From an uncultured virus (IMG/VR IMGVR_UViG_2061766007_000748) (Duplodnaviria > Heunggongvirae > Uroviricota > Caudoviricetes), in IMG/VR virus record IMGVR_UViG_2061766007_000748: DNA of 20,000 bases; one strand, written 5' to 3'. Shown piece after piece: positions 1 through 9,034 of the stretch; positions within the stretch are counted from its first letter, which is position 1; each line of letters opens with the position of its first letter. Made by a program: the position numbers and the translations under genes. Below the pieces are notes generated by a model. That model was given only the letters and a program-made list of their open reading frames with translations, ran no database searches and had not been told where the DNA came from.

Positions 1-184
1 TAATNNNNNNNNNNNNNNNNNNNNNNNNNNNNNNNTTAATTGCATGATTAAACTGTTTTTCTGAAATCTCATAAGCCGCACAGGCACTCATTGTATCTTT
101 GAATACTTCAGCTGTTTTTGATTTAAGGTTATTAATTTCGTTAGGGTTATCTTCGTCAAGGTAAATTGTAATTTTAATTTTCAT
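1..184 (-). CDS. Small hypothetical phage protein; 3' end lies in the N-gap 5-36 or beyond the window
   Basis: ATG at 184 with GGAG RBS at 190-193, directly after the primase stop. Reads MKIKITIYLDEDNPNEINNLKSKTAEVFKDTMSACAAYEISEKTVLIMQL into the gap. Not in the ORF track. Confidence 0.7.
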   Translation of the reverse strand, partial: MKIKITIYLDEDNPNEINNLKSKTAEVFKDTMSACAAYEISEKQFNHAIXXXXXXXXXXXI

Positions 185-193
185 AATTTCTCC

Positions 194-1108
194 TTATTGA
201 ATATTTAATTCTTTTTTTATCATATCAACCTCTTCATAAGTTAATTCTCCCGGATCATTCTTTCCAAATGGTTCACAGATGTTTACTACTTCTACTTCCA
301 TTCCGGTTGAGGATAAATTCATTCCAAGATGTTTAGCTTTCTCCTGAGCCTCATATTCATTATCAAAACAGATAAATATCTTTTTGTATCTTTCTTTTAA
401 GAATAATTCTTGTTCGTGGGTTACGGTAGTACCAAGTGAACAGATACAGTTATTTCCAACGCGAATGACATCAAATGCACCCTCAACCAACATAACGTAA
501 TCTTGTGTACTGTTATCAAGATTAAAAAAAATATCTTTTGCTGCAATTACAGACTGTTCAATAGACAAGTTTTTGTATCGTGGAATATTAAGTCTTTTAA
601 TCTCTTCTTTACTTAAAATAGAACGACCAGTCCAACTTACCAAAACCTTTTTGTAATAAATTGGAATAAGGATTCTGTAAGACCAATCACCGGCAATTCC
701 ACCACCTCTGATATGAAACTTATCTTGAAGATAATTTACATCATAACCTCTATTTATTAAATACTGTTTTTCCTGTTCATTTAAGTGATAACCGGGTAAA
801 TCAAGATATTGAGCTTTTGCTGTTCTTTTTGTTTCTTTTTCAGGTGCAATATATTTATAGTCTTGTATAAATTTAGAAACTTGATTAAACGGAATATTTA
901 AGATTTTCTCAAGTGCGTCATACCAGCTGTGACCACCACATCTCCAACAACTGNNNNNNNNNNNNNNNNNNNNNNNNNNNNNNNNATTAAAATGAGTATC
1001 TGGTGGGTCAGAACAGAACGGACAATTTACATTAACCCAAAATTTATTTACATCTGTTCTAACAGGAATATGAGCATTATCAAATATGCGTTTGAAATCA
1101 ATTGCCAT
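194..1108 (-). CDS. dnaG: Phage DNA primase (Cys4 zinc finger plus TOPRIM domain), DnaG-like
   Basis: N-terminal WVNVNCPFC...SCWRCGG zinc finger, RILIPI...SWTGRSI and PRYKN primase motifs, TOPRIM motifs LVEGAFDV, CFDNE and NDPGEL. Start placed at MAIDFKRIF (1108). The track's extension to 1210 crosses an N-gap and probably belongs to the upstream gene. Confidence 0.92.
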   Translation of the reverse strand: MAIDFKRIFDNAHIPVRTDVNKFWVNVNCPFCSDPPDTHFNXXXXXXXXXXXSCWRCGGHSWYDALEKILNIPFNQVSKFIQDYKYIAPEKETKRTAKAQYLDLPGYHLNEQEKQYLINRGYDVNYLQDKFHIRGGGIAGDWSYRILIPIYYKKVLVSWTGRSILSKEEIKRLNIPRYKNLSIEQSVIAAKDIFFNLDNSTQDYVMLVEGAFDVIRVGNNCICSLGTTVTHEQELFLKERYKKIFICFDNEYEAQEKAKHLGMNLSSTGMEVEVVNICEPFGKNDPGELTYEEVDMIKKELNIQ

Positions 1109-1165
1109 ATTTACANNNNNNNNNNNNNNNNNNNNNNNNNNNNNNNNNNNNNNNNNNNNNNNNNN

Positions 1166-1286
1166 AAGTTCTTCATCAAAATATGCTCTTACAATAGCTT
1201 CAAGTATCATTTTATCAGCTATATTGTCTTCAATATCTTTATAACAAGAATCTACACCATAATGACCACCTGAAATAAAACCAATT
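1166..1286 (-). CDS. Visible middle of a small hypothetical protein; start and stop hidden in the flanking N-gaps
   Basis: Open frame IGFISGGHYGVDSCYKDIEDNIADKMILEAIVRAYFDEEL between gaps 1287-1323 and 1116-1165. Confidence 0.55.
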
Positions 1287-1309
1287 NNNNNNNNNNNNNN
1301 NNNNNNNNN

Positions 1310-1653
1310 NNNNNNNNNNNNNNTTCCTCATGATTTAATTCATAAATAATAATCGGAACAATATCCTGGTTTTCGTAAGGCATGGCTCTGATTGTATTGT
1401 AATCAAGCCATTCAAAAGCGTCATTGTAAAAGTCAGGCTCACATCCAGGACTATCACAATCGTTATGTTCTTTATCGTTCCATTCTTTTTCGTAATCTTC
1501 TGCAAGTGCCGCAGCAAGTGTATAATAACCATAAATAATATGTTTTTTATCTTCACTTACTCCAAGAATACCTTTATTGAAAACTTCTTCTGGTTCTAAA
1601 AACAATACTGGTTCTTCAATTCCAAACCGTTCACAGATTTCCTGTTTTGTCAT
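1310..1653 (-). CDS. Conserved phage hypothetical protein (about 110 aa); stop probably in N-gap 1287-1323, so the left coordinate is approximate
   Basis: GGAGG RBS and ATGA overlap with the upstream stop. Pattern LFLEP..FNKGILGV...IIY...AFEWLDYNTIRAMPY....PIII resembles a widespread small phage protein family (from recall, not searched). Confidence 0.75.
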
Positions 1654-2123
1654 ATATTACCTCCTATAATTTTAAGAACTTTCTGTCTCTGTTCTTCTAT
1701 TTGTTCAGGTGTTGCAAGTTTACCACCTGGTATCATAACGTCAAGAAAATCACCAATATCAAATATTTCACCTTCTGATAAAACATTCAAAGCATAAGCA
1801 TTATTTAATGTAAAATTGATAATTTGATTAATATCCTTCTGATTTAATTCTGATTTAGTTTTATCATATGTATCTTCTACTAATTCACNNNNNNNNNNNN
1901 NNNNNNNNNNNNAAAATTGTTTTTGGACTGTATCTGCATGATTTATCTGAAACTTAATCCTTTTACCATGTCCACCTTTAAGATATTCTTTACCTTCATC
2001 TACCCATATATTTACAGGTAATCCACTTCTTTTCTTACGAATATTTGCCATAGAATAAATCCATGAACATTCTTCAGTAACATTATCTATTTCATTATCT
2101 ATTTCATTATCAATAAGTTCCAT
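1650..2123 (-). CDS. Hypothetical protein, possibly DUF4160-like
   Basis: Strong AAGGAGG RBS, 157 aa ORF. Core MANIRKKRSGLPVNIWVDE...HGKRIKFQ and a C-terminal helix LNQKDINQIINFTLNNAYAL loosely parallel the DUF4160 layout. The gene is solid and the family call is tentative. Confidence 0.7.
   Translation of the reverse strand: MELIDNEIDNEIDNVTEECSWIYSMANIRKKRSGLPVNIWVDEGKEYLKGGHGKRIKFQINHADTVQKQFXXXXXXXXXELVEDTYDKTKSELNQKDINQIINFTLNNAYALNVLSEGEIFDIGDFLDVMIPGGKLATPEQIEEQRQKVLKIIGGNI
2079..2114 (-). repeat. 12-bp in-frame tandem repeat, about 3 copies, encoding IDNE-IDNE-IDNV
   Basis: Minus strand reads ATTGATAATGAA ATAGATAATGAA ATAGATAATGTT. Confidence 0.9.
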
Positions 2124-2136
2124 AATCTAATTCCTC

Positions 2137-2283
2137 CTTAAAATAAAAACCCCTTTATGAAAGTGTCTGGTGGTTTGCCAAGATTGTCCAATGCGAATAA
2201 AACAATCATAAACACTTTCACAAAAGGGTTTTAATTATCTCTCGCATTGTCTATCTTATCCACAGTCACCAACTAAGGACAAT
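2137..2283 (-). ncRNA. Putative structured 5' leader / cis-regulatory RNA with a terminator-like 3' end
   Basis: 22-bp stem 2232-2211 with 2167-2146, fully paired only on the - strand (three G-U pairs). Inner 8-bp stem 2207-2200 with 2189-2182 (two G-U pairs). 5' hairpin 2283-2246. U-tract UUUUUAUUUU just before the RBS. Lies directly downstream of a sigma70 promoter. Confidence 0.7.
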
Positions 2284-2286
2284 TAG

Positions 2287-2315
2287 ATTATAATATAACC
2301 ACTTCTGTTTGTAAA
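2287..2315 (-). promoter_or_regulatory. Sigma70-type promoter
   Basis: TTTACA (2315-2310), 17-nt spacer, perfect TATAAT (2292-2287), intergenic. Predicted start site near 2280. Confidence 0.85.
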
Positions 2316-2322
2316 GTATAAT

Positions 2323-2754
2323 TTATTCTTCCTTCTCAGATAAAAACTTAAACAGTTCTTCAGCTTCCCATTTTACTTCACCGGGAAGTCCTTTACTTCT
2401 TTGAGTAAGTTCGTCACCATAGTGCATATAATCATCACCAATTTTAATGCTGTCACCATTATTCTTAACATAAGTAATACCACAGTGCGTTCTAAAAGGA
2501 AAGTTATTCATAGCACCGTCATAATCGTCGTCTGTAAGATGGCACAGGTTCTTATAAAGTGGATGGTTTTTATAAATTATGGCATAAACATTCCAACACT
2601 CATTACCCATAAACCCACATAATTCATTAGCCTTCTCTTCATCATCTATCATATGCCAATGAACGATTTCTACTTCAAAATTATTCCCTTTGTTTACACA
2701 ATTCTCAAGAAAAATATTCCTTGGGTTTTCTTTTAGTTTCATTTCAAAATTCAT
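2323..2754 (-). CDS. Conserved phage hypothetical protein, 143 aa
   Basis: AGGAGGTGA RBS, uninterrupted ORF. Motif string WNVY..HP...HCGITY...IGDDYMHYGD resembles the W.GY..HP..HGG.TY..GFD..H..D phage family (from recall). Confidence 0.8.
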   Translation of the reverse strand: MNFEMKLKENPRNIFLENCVNKGNNFEVEIVHWHMIDDEEKANELCGFMGNECWNVYAIIYKNHPLYKNLCHLTDDDYDGAMNNFPFRTHCGITYVKNNGDSIKIGDDYMHYGDELTQRSKGLPGEVKWEAEELFKFLSEKEE

Positions 2755-2764
2755 TTATCACCTC

Positions 2765-3042
2765 CTAAAATAAAGGGTTCATTGCAACCGTAGTATACAT
2801 TTCGTCTACCTTTACATCCAAGTTTTCTTCTGTTCTAATTTTAGGTGCTTCCTTGTTCACTTCCCTTAAAGTATCAATAATAACCTTGTCCGGTTCCTGT
2901 ATAAGTTCAATTGTAAACTTGTTATTCAGATAACCCCAGCATACATTCCATAATGACTGGCTGTCATTTTTAATGCCGCACTTTTNNNNNNNNNNNNNNN
3001 NNNNNNNNNNNNNNNNNNNNNNNNNNNTCCACTCATTCTCAT
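2765..3042 (-). CDS. Hypothetical protein, about 92 aa, spanning an N-gap
   Basis: AAGGAG RBS and ATG at 3042 (MRMSG). After gap 2985-3027 it reads KCGIKNDSQSLWNVCWGYLNNKFTIELIQEPDKVIIDTLREVNKEAPKIRTEENLDVKVDEMYTTVAMNPLF-TAG. Missed by the ORF track because the gap length breaks the frame. Confidence 0.75.
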
Positions 3043-3097
3043 ATGATTTTACTCCTTATACCTTAATAATAGAATTACTATGATTTTCACAGATTTA

Positions 3098-3110
3098 TTA
3101 TATATTTTTT
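3098..3110 (+). promoter_or_regulatory. Candidate phage late-promoter motif, copy 1
   Basis: TTATATATTTTTT immediately upstream of the first structural gene. Same motif at 4115 and 9234. Confidence 0.5.
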
Positions 3111-3113
3111 AGT

Positions 3114-3784
3114 ATGAATGGAACTGTGAATAATAAAATAGAATCTACTCTAGCCAAATNNNNNNNNNNNNNNNNNNNNNNNNNNNNNNNNNNNNNNNTA
3201 AATTAGTTCCTGTAATAAAACCTCATTGTAGACAAAATTCTGTAGAAGATATTTACCAGCATCTTTTTCTTTGTCCTGCTAATTTATCCAAGAAAAGAAA
3301 CTTTCAACTTCAAGGTGTATTAAGTCCATTTATTTGTCTATGGAGAACTTCACCTATTAACTGGAATAAAGAATGGTATGGAAGAAGCGTTTTGAATAGA
3401 GATTTTTATTACACGGATAAAGAAGGTATAACACAATGTGAACAGGGATTTTTGTACGATGTAGAAATTGAATTTGAACTGTTTTCGTCTTCATACTATA
3501 AATCATTCCGGGATAGAGTAAACCAAAATCTTATTGATATGGATAGGCTGAGGTATTTTGATGTTTCCGTTACAGAATTATTAACCAACTGTTCCGATAT
3601 GAAAACCAGAGCAGAATTTATGCTTACAGGAATGCAGGCTACAGATAATCTGGATAATGAACAGAATAATAGAAGTTTTGACCTTAATGCTAAATATAAG
3701 GTAAAGATGTCTATTCCTTACTGTAGAAGCTTTGATTATATTGAAAATGTTCAAATATATCTTAATGATAATAAAATATACGAA
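3114..3784 (+). CDS. Tail completion/terminator protein (T4 gp15-like); stop probably within or just after N-gap 3785-4068
   Basis: ATG at 3114 (MNGTVNNKIESTLAK). After the gap, frame KLVPVIKPHC...SPFICLWRTSP is continuous with the 3392 ORF. PFICLWR, YDVEIEFELFS..RDRVNQNLI and RSFDLNAKYKVKMSIPY fit the gp15/terminator layout, and the gene lies upstream of the sheath. Confidence 0.65.
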
Positions 3785-4114
3785 ANNNNNNNNNNNNNNN
3801 NNNNNNNNNNNNNNNNNNNNNNNNNNNNNNNNNNNNNNNNNNNNNNNNNNNNNNNNNNNNNNNNNNNNNNNNNNNNNNNNNNNNNNNNNNNNNNNNNNNN
3901 NNNNNNNNNNNNNNNNNNNNNNNNNNNNNNNNNNNNNNNNNNNNNNNNNNNNNNNNNNNNNNNNNNNNNNNNNNNNNNNNNNNNNNNNNNNNNNNNNNNN
4001 NNNNNNNNNNNNNNNNNNNNNNNNNNNNNNNNNNNNNNNNNNNNNNNNNNNNNNNNNNNNNNNNNNNNAGGATAGAATATTAAATCTGTTACCAAGGAAA
4101 TATTCTAACTAGAT

Positions 4115-4127
4115 TTATATATTTTTT
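4115..4127 (+). promoter_or_regulatory. Candidate phage late-promoter motif, copy 2
   Basis: TTATATATTTTTT followed directly by AAGGAG RBS and ATG at 4139. Confidence 0.5.
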
Positions 4128-4138
4128 AAGGAGAAAAT

Positions 4139-5147
4139 ATGTCCGTTTACAATTATGGCGACCAAAAGATAGGATGGNNNNNNNNNNNNNNNNNNNNNNN
4201 NNNNNNNNNNNNNNNNNNNNNGATTTAGTCAGCCAGGACTTGTTACAAGACCGGCTATGATTATAACTACAACTGAAACAGGTGCTAATGTAACGATACG
4301 CCCGTTTTCTCTTTTAATTCAACCTTCTGATATGAAAACAGATGTTACAGATGAAAACGGCAATAATATCATTGTCAGACTTGCTAAGGTAACAACAGAA
4401 AGTAATGTAACCGTTCCAATTGACGAAAATACCCGTGCTATTGGATTCAGGTATATGTTTAAGCAAGCCTCACAAGCGACAGGACAATCAGAATGGTATG
4501 GTGATTTCGTAGCCTTAGACACTGATACTATCAGAGGGTCTAATCCTTTTGAAGGTATCATTATTGCAACCTGTATGTGTAATATAAACAATGATACTTC
4601 CGATAAATATTTTTCTGTAACCACAAGTGGAGCTGATATAAGTGATTTACTTCTTAAAGAAGAAGGATGGAATCCTAATTGCTGGGTAAGTCTTGTTTCA
4701 CCAAGACGGGCAGCATTATCAAATGATAAGATAGCTTATACTAAATTAGAATTAAGAAACCATAACAGTTCATTTGCATCTTATATAAACAGTACATCAG
4801 GTGTTACTTATATATATGCTCCTACCTATACATTTATGAATAACGGAGATGTTACGGGTATTTATGAAAGTGGTGTTATATATCATACAGTAAGTGATAC
4901 TAAAACACCATTTATTCAGAATGGGATCTGTTTCAATAGTAATGGCTTAACCTGTACTGATTATGGTAACAGTATACCATTATCTAATACACAGGGTGGA
5001 ATATTAGCAATAGCAGAAAGTGTTCACAGTGGTTCAACCTGTACTGATACACTTGCAGAATCATTTGCTAACCGGATTAAATTGTATCCTTGTATCAAAG
5101 AACAATTAAACATATATGTATCAGATAATACATTATATATCAAATAA
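4139..5147 (+). CDS. Unknown virion structural protein, about 335 aa, beta-rich
   Basis: AAGGAG RBS and ATG at 4139 (MSVYNYGDQKIGW). After the gap, FSQPGLVTRPA runs into the 4257 ORF. Rich in T, S, N, G and located between terminator and sheath. Confidence 0.65.
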
Positions 5148-5158
5148 GGAGTATTCAT

Positions 5159-6944
5159 ATGGATAAAGAAAGTGGAGTATACATTGAAATAAATGATAAT
5201 ACGTTTGAAACACCTGGCGTATCAAGTATGAAGGTACTAGTACCAATGTGTACAACCAAAGGTGAACTTGGACTAAATCTTGTTGACGCAAATAATTTCA
5301 AAGACATTCTTGGTTATGATTTGGACTATAACTCTAATTATTATGGTTTGAATCTAATGCTTGAGAATTTGTCTTATGCTTATGTATGGCGATTGAATCA
5401 GGACGCTAAACTTGCTAATGCTTATTTCACAAACACTTCTACAGCTAAAGGTAGTAATGCTAATGCAACAACATTCAGTGATATTACAGGTTCTACACCA
5501 AAACTTGCAGTGGCATTAAAAAACCCAGGAAACCCTCAGACAATTGCTGTTAAGTTTGAACCAACTTATATTGTTACTACAGAACCAAATAATAATCCAA
5601 CCACTACTACAACACAAGAAATTGTATTAACAAACGTTTCTTCTAGTGAAAGTAAAACATTTAATGGTGAAACAATTAAAGGTGGTTGTATATTCTATGA
5701 TGCTTTAGGTACAAGTGTTGTAGGTATTATTAAAGCTAATGCCGCTAGTGCATTAAAGGTATATCGAGTTGTAGATAATATAATTATTGATGACGTATCT
5801 GAAGGTACAACCGTTGTTACAGATAATTCTTGTGGAAGTGCTTCTTGGAGTTCAAATACACTTACCGTTACTCTTACTGCACCTCTTTCTAAAGAATCAT
5901 ATTATACTGTAAAAACAATTCCACCTACTATTACAGAATGGACTTTAATTTGTGCTTCTTATGACGGAAATACTCATAGTGAGATGAGTAGAAATAATTT
6001 TAGTACGAACTCATTCTCAGATATTTATTGGAAAAATGTTGCTTTTAAGAACATTGATTTGTACCTTAAAACTGAAAGTGGAACAGGAACAGAAAACATA
6101 CCTAGTAACTGGACTGCTATTCGCGATTATTTCCAACTTGAAAATGGTTCAAATGGTGTTGCTGTAGATTCTATTATTGCTGCAAACATCGATACCACAC
6201 CAATCGATAAAGCTCATTGTAATGTAATTGCAATGAATGGTATTACTGATTCTGCTGTGATTAATAGAATTGCTCAGAAAGCAGAAAAATCATTCACTCA
6301 CACTTTTGCTGATGCACCTGCAGAATCATCATATACGAATATTTATAACTGGAGGGAAAATCTTTACAGTAGTGAATATTTAGCCATTGGTGCAAGACCA
6401 GATCAGGTTAAAATATCAGCAACCAAATCTATCTATGTATATCCTTCTGTAAACTATGTCTTGATTCTTTCAAGAATGCAAGACCAGTATCACTCACTTA
6501 ATTATCCGCCAGCCGGTTTTACATACGGNNNNNNNNNNNNNNNNNNNNNNNNNNNNNNNNNNNNNNNNNNNNNNNNNNNNNNNNNNNNNNNNNNNNNNNN
6601 NNNNNNNNNNNNNNNNNNNNNNNNNNNNNNNNNNNNNNNNNNNNNNNNNNNNNNNNNNNNNNNCTCCTGTATTTATTATGGACGGACTTCGTGAACAGTT
6701 ACAGAGTTTTGAGGAACAGTTCAATTTCCGATATATGTCGCCAACAGACCTTCTTAATCAGGAATCAGGAATCAAATCTATTCTTGATAGTTATGTTACA
6801 CAAGGTTTTATTTTCAGATATGAACTTAATGTTCCAACTTATTCAGAAGCACAGGAAGCAGGTCGTACACTGGTTATCACAATTGGTGTTTCTATTGCTA
6901 AAGATAGTGAGGTTATCTATATCAATATTAATTTGAATAACTAA
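5159..6944 (+). CDS. Contractile tail sheath protein (about 595 aa); track ORFs 5159-6694 and 6678-6944 are one gene
   Basis: N-terminal SGVYIEIND, VYVYPS and YPPAGFTYG sheath motifs. Typical C-terminal domain LREQLQSFEEQFNF...IKSILDSYVTQGFI...GRTLVITIGVSIAKDSEVIYININL. The frame change falls inside N-gap 6529-6663. Confidence 0.92.
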
Positions 6945-6947
6945 GAG

Positions 6948-7673
6948 NNNNNNNNNNNNNNNNNNNNNNNNNNNNNNNNNNNNNNNNNNNNNNNNNNNNN
7001 NNNNNNNNNNNNNNNNNNNNNNNNNNNNNNNNNNNNNNNNNNNNNNNNNNNNNNNNNNNNNNNNNNNNNNNNNNNNNNNNNNNNNNNNNNNNNNNNNNNN
7101 NNNNNNNNNNNNNNNNNNNNNNNNNNNNNNNNNNNNNNNNNNNNNNNNNNNNNNNNNNNNNNNNNNNNNNNNNNNNNNNNNNNNNNNNNNNNNNNNNNNN
7201 NNNNNNNNNNNNNNNNNNNNNNNNNNNNNNNNNNNNNNNNNNNNNNNNNNNNNNNNNNNNNNNNNNNNNNNNNNNNNNNNNNNNNNNNNNNNNNNNNNNN
7301 NNNNNNNNNNNNNNNNNNNNNNNNNNNNNNNNNNNNNNNNNNNNNNNNNNNNNNNNNNNNNNNNNNNNNNNNNNNNNNNNNNGAACCTATGTGGTGTTAT
7401 GATTTCTTTATGGCACTTAAAGACCTTACAGGAAATGAAGAAAATCAGGCATCTGTATATGGTGTTCAGTCTAAATTCAATATAGGTATTGCAAAGATTT
7501 CTGTAGATAAGAAAACGATTACCGCATACAGACGTCTTGTTGGATGTCGTGTTTATGATGTAGTACCAGGTGACGGATTAGAAAAAGAAGGGGAAGGAAC
7601 TTCTTCTGTTAAGGTTAATATGGGTTGGGATAGAAACGTAGAAGATAAGACTATGCGTGGTAAAGAAGTCTAA
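6948..7673 (+). CDS. Tail tube protein (gp19-like); N-terminal part hidden in the 435-nt N-gap, so the start is approximate
   Basis: Directly follows the sheath. Visible C-terminal half FNIGIAKISVDKKTITAYRRLVGCRVYDVVPGDGLEKEGEGTSSVKVNMGWD fits the tube-fold strand pattern. Confidence 0.72.
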   Translation, partial: XXXXXXXXXXXXXXXXXXXXXXXXXXXXXXXXXXXXXXXXXXXXXXXXXXXXXXXXXXXXXXXXXXXXXXXXXXXXXXXXXXXXXXXXXXXXXXXXXXXXXXXXXXXXXXXXXXXXXXXXXXXXXXXXXXXXXXXXXXXXXXXXXEPMWCYDFFMALKDLTGNEENQASVYGVQSKFNIGIAKISVDKKTITAYRRLVGCRVYDVVPGDGLEKEGEGTSSVKVNMGWDRNVEDKTMRGKEV

Positions 7674-7686
7674 GGAGCGTTGATGT

Positions 7687-8408
7687 ATGCGTCCTGAGAC
7701 TTTACCTTTAATTTCTGACTACAAGAAAGAATACAAGTTTCTCTGGTTAATTGAGATTAACGAAACCCGTGACAGCCAAGTTATGGATAGAGTTGGCATA
7801 GACGGTATGAAATTCTTTAACAATGTGGTTTCAGATANNNNNNNNNNNNNNNNNNNNNNNCTGAAACTGTAAATCCTCCTGATGATGAATTTGAAATTGA
7901 AACCATTCCTCAAGGTCCTGTAGATTATCAAATGCCTAAGAAAGTAAAGTTAGATGATATATCTGTTACTTATCTTGAGGACACCTTAGAATCAGTATAC
8001 AATTTTCATAAGGCTTGGTATCAGGCTATACGATGTGGAAAGACCGTAGGTATTAACAGTCCTTATTTATTTTCAGCGTCTGCCAGATACATTCCTTTTG
8101 ATGATACAATGCTTGCAACAGAATATATAGCATTCAAGAATCAATTTGTTCAGAATTTTAATTCTGCCGTTTCAAGTAACAGATTAATGCCTAGTTTACC
8201 ATTAGGAGCAAAGGCGACATCAATTATCACTTATCCTAGAATCTATCCTAAAAAGATACACCGTTCAGCTGCTAATCATGGTGGTGAATCAGTTGCTACA
8301 GTAGATGTTACCTATGCCCGTATTCCTGAATTTAAGAAAAAGAATACCGCTTTACAGATGTGGGACGGTTATACCTGGCATAATACTTCTAACGGTAAAA
8401 TGGTATAA
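7687..8408 (+). CDS. Tube-fold baseplate protein / tube initiator (T4 gp54-like); track ORFs 7687 and 7932 are one gene
   Basis: AAGGAG RBS. After gap 7838-7860, ETVNPPDDEFEIETIPQGPVDYQMPKKVKLDDISVTYLEDTLESVYNFHKAWYQAI matches the gp19/gp54 pattern. Ends with IYPKKI...VDVTYAR. Confidence 0.72.
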
Positions 8409-8453
8409 ATCTTAATATCTTTATTCTAACATTATATTAAGAGGTACCCGTTT

Positions 8454-9034
8454 ATGAGAAAGAATATTAAATTACCTGCTCCTCAATTATCACAACTTAA
8501 AGAAGTAAATCTTGATTTGGATATGACAGGAAGACACTATTCTTTATTGGCTTNNNNNNNNNNNNNNNNNNNNNNNNNNNNNNNTCAATTCTTAAAGACT
8601 TGATGGAAGAAGATGCTAATAAACTTACATTGGCAGAACTCAGGTATTTATTTATGTTAGTTAAAATCAACAGTCTTGAGAATGAGTATATTGTAAACGT
8701 TACTTGCTCCCATAAAAATAAGAATGGTGAAGAATGTGGTCACGTTAATGAAGTTAAGATATTCCTCTCAGATGCAGATCTTAATCCAACACCATCAAAT
8801 TATACACCACCAAAAATAAAATTCAGAACAAAAGATACGGAAAAAGAATATACTGTTATGCCGTCTACAATGAATAAAGAAAGTCAGTTATACAATTATT
8901 TCCTTGTAGAACGTGGTGAAAATCNNNNNNNNNNTTCTTTCGGCGTTCAAAATAAAGTATATGAAATTGAATGTAAGGAGTGTGGTGGAAGAATTATCTT
9001 CCAGTTACCCTTACTCAATGGACTTGTTGATTGA
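8454..9034 (+). CDS. Baseplate hub / tail assembly chaperone (T4 gp26-like)
   Basis: GAGG RBS and ATG at 8454 (MRKNIKLPAP). KLTLAELRYLFMLVKINS, Cys pair C(x9)C followed by GH, and C-terminal CKECG are typical of gp26-like proteins. The 11-N gap at 8925 may hide more sequence. Confidence 0.75.

Noticed and set aside
2146..2232. Inverted repeat as MITE ends, a tRNA or a simple terminator of the 2323 gene
   Set aside because: The mismatches are strand-specific G-U pairs, no target-site duplication or tRNA T-loop is evident, and the repeat lies downstream of a fresh promoter. A leader RNA fits better, though it may also stop read-through.
3043..3113. AT-rich divergent spacer as a replication origin or a - strand sigma70 promoter
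   Set aside because: No iterons or DnaA boxes seen. The - strand TATAAT at 3102-3097 has no properly spaced -35 box and overlaps the late motif.
3785..7382. Long N-gaps (284, 135 and 435 nt) as hidden introns, RNAs or extra genes
   Set aside because: No sequence to evaluate. The 135- and 435-nt gaps fit missing sheath and tube coding sequence. The 284-nt gap could hold a small gene but this cannot be supported.
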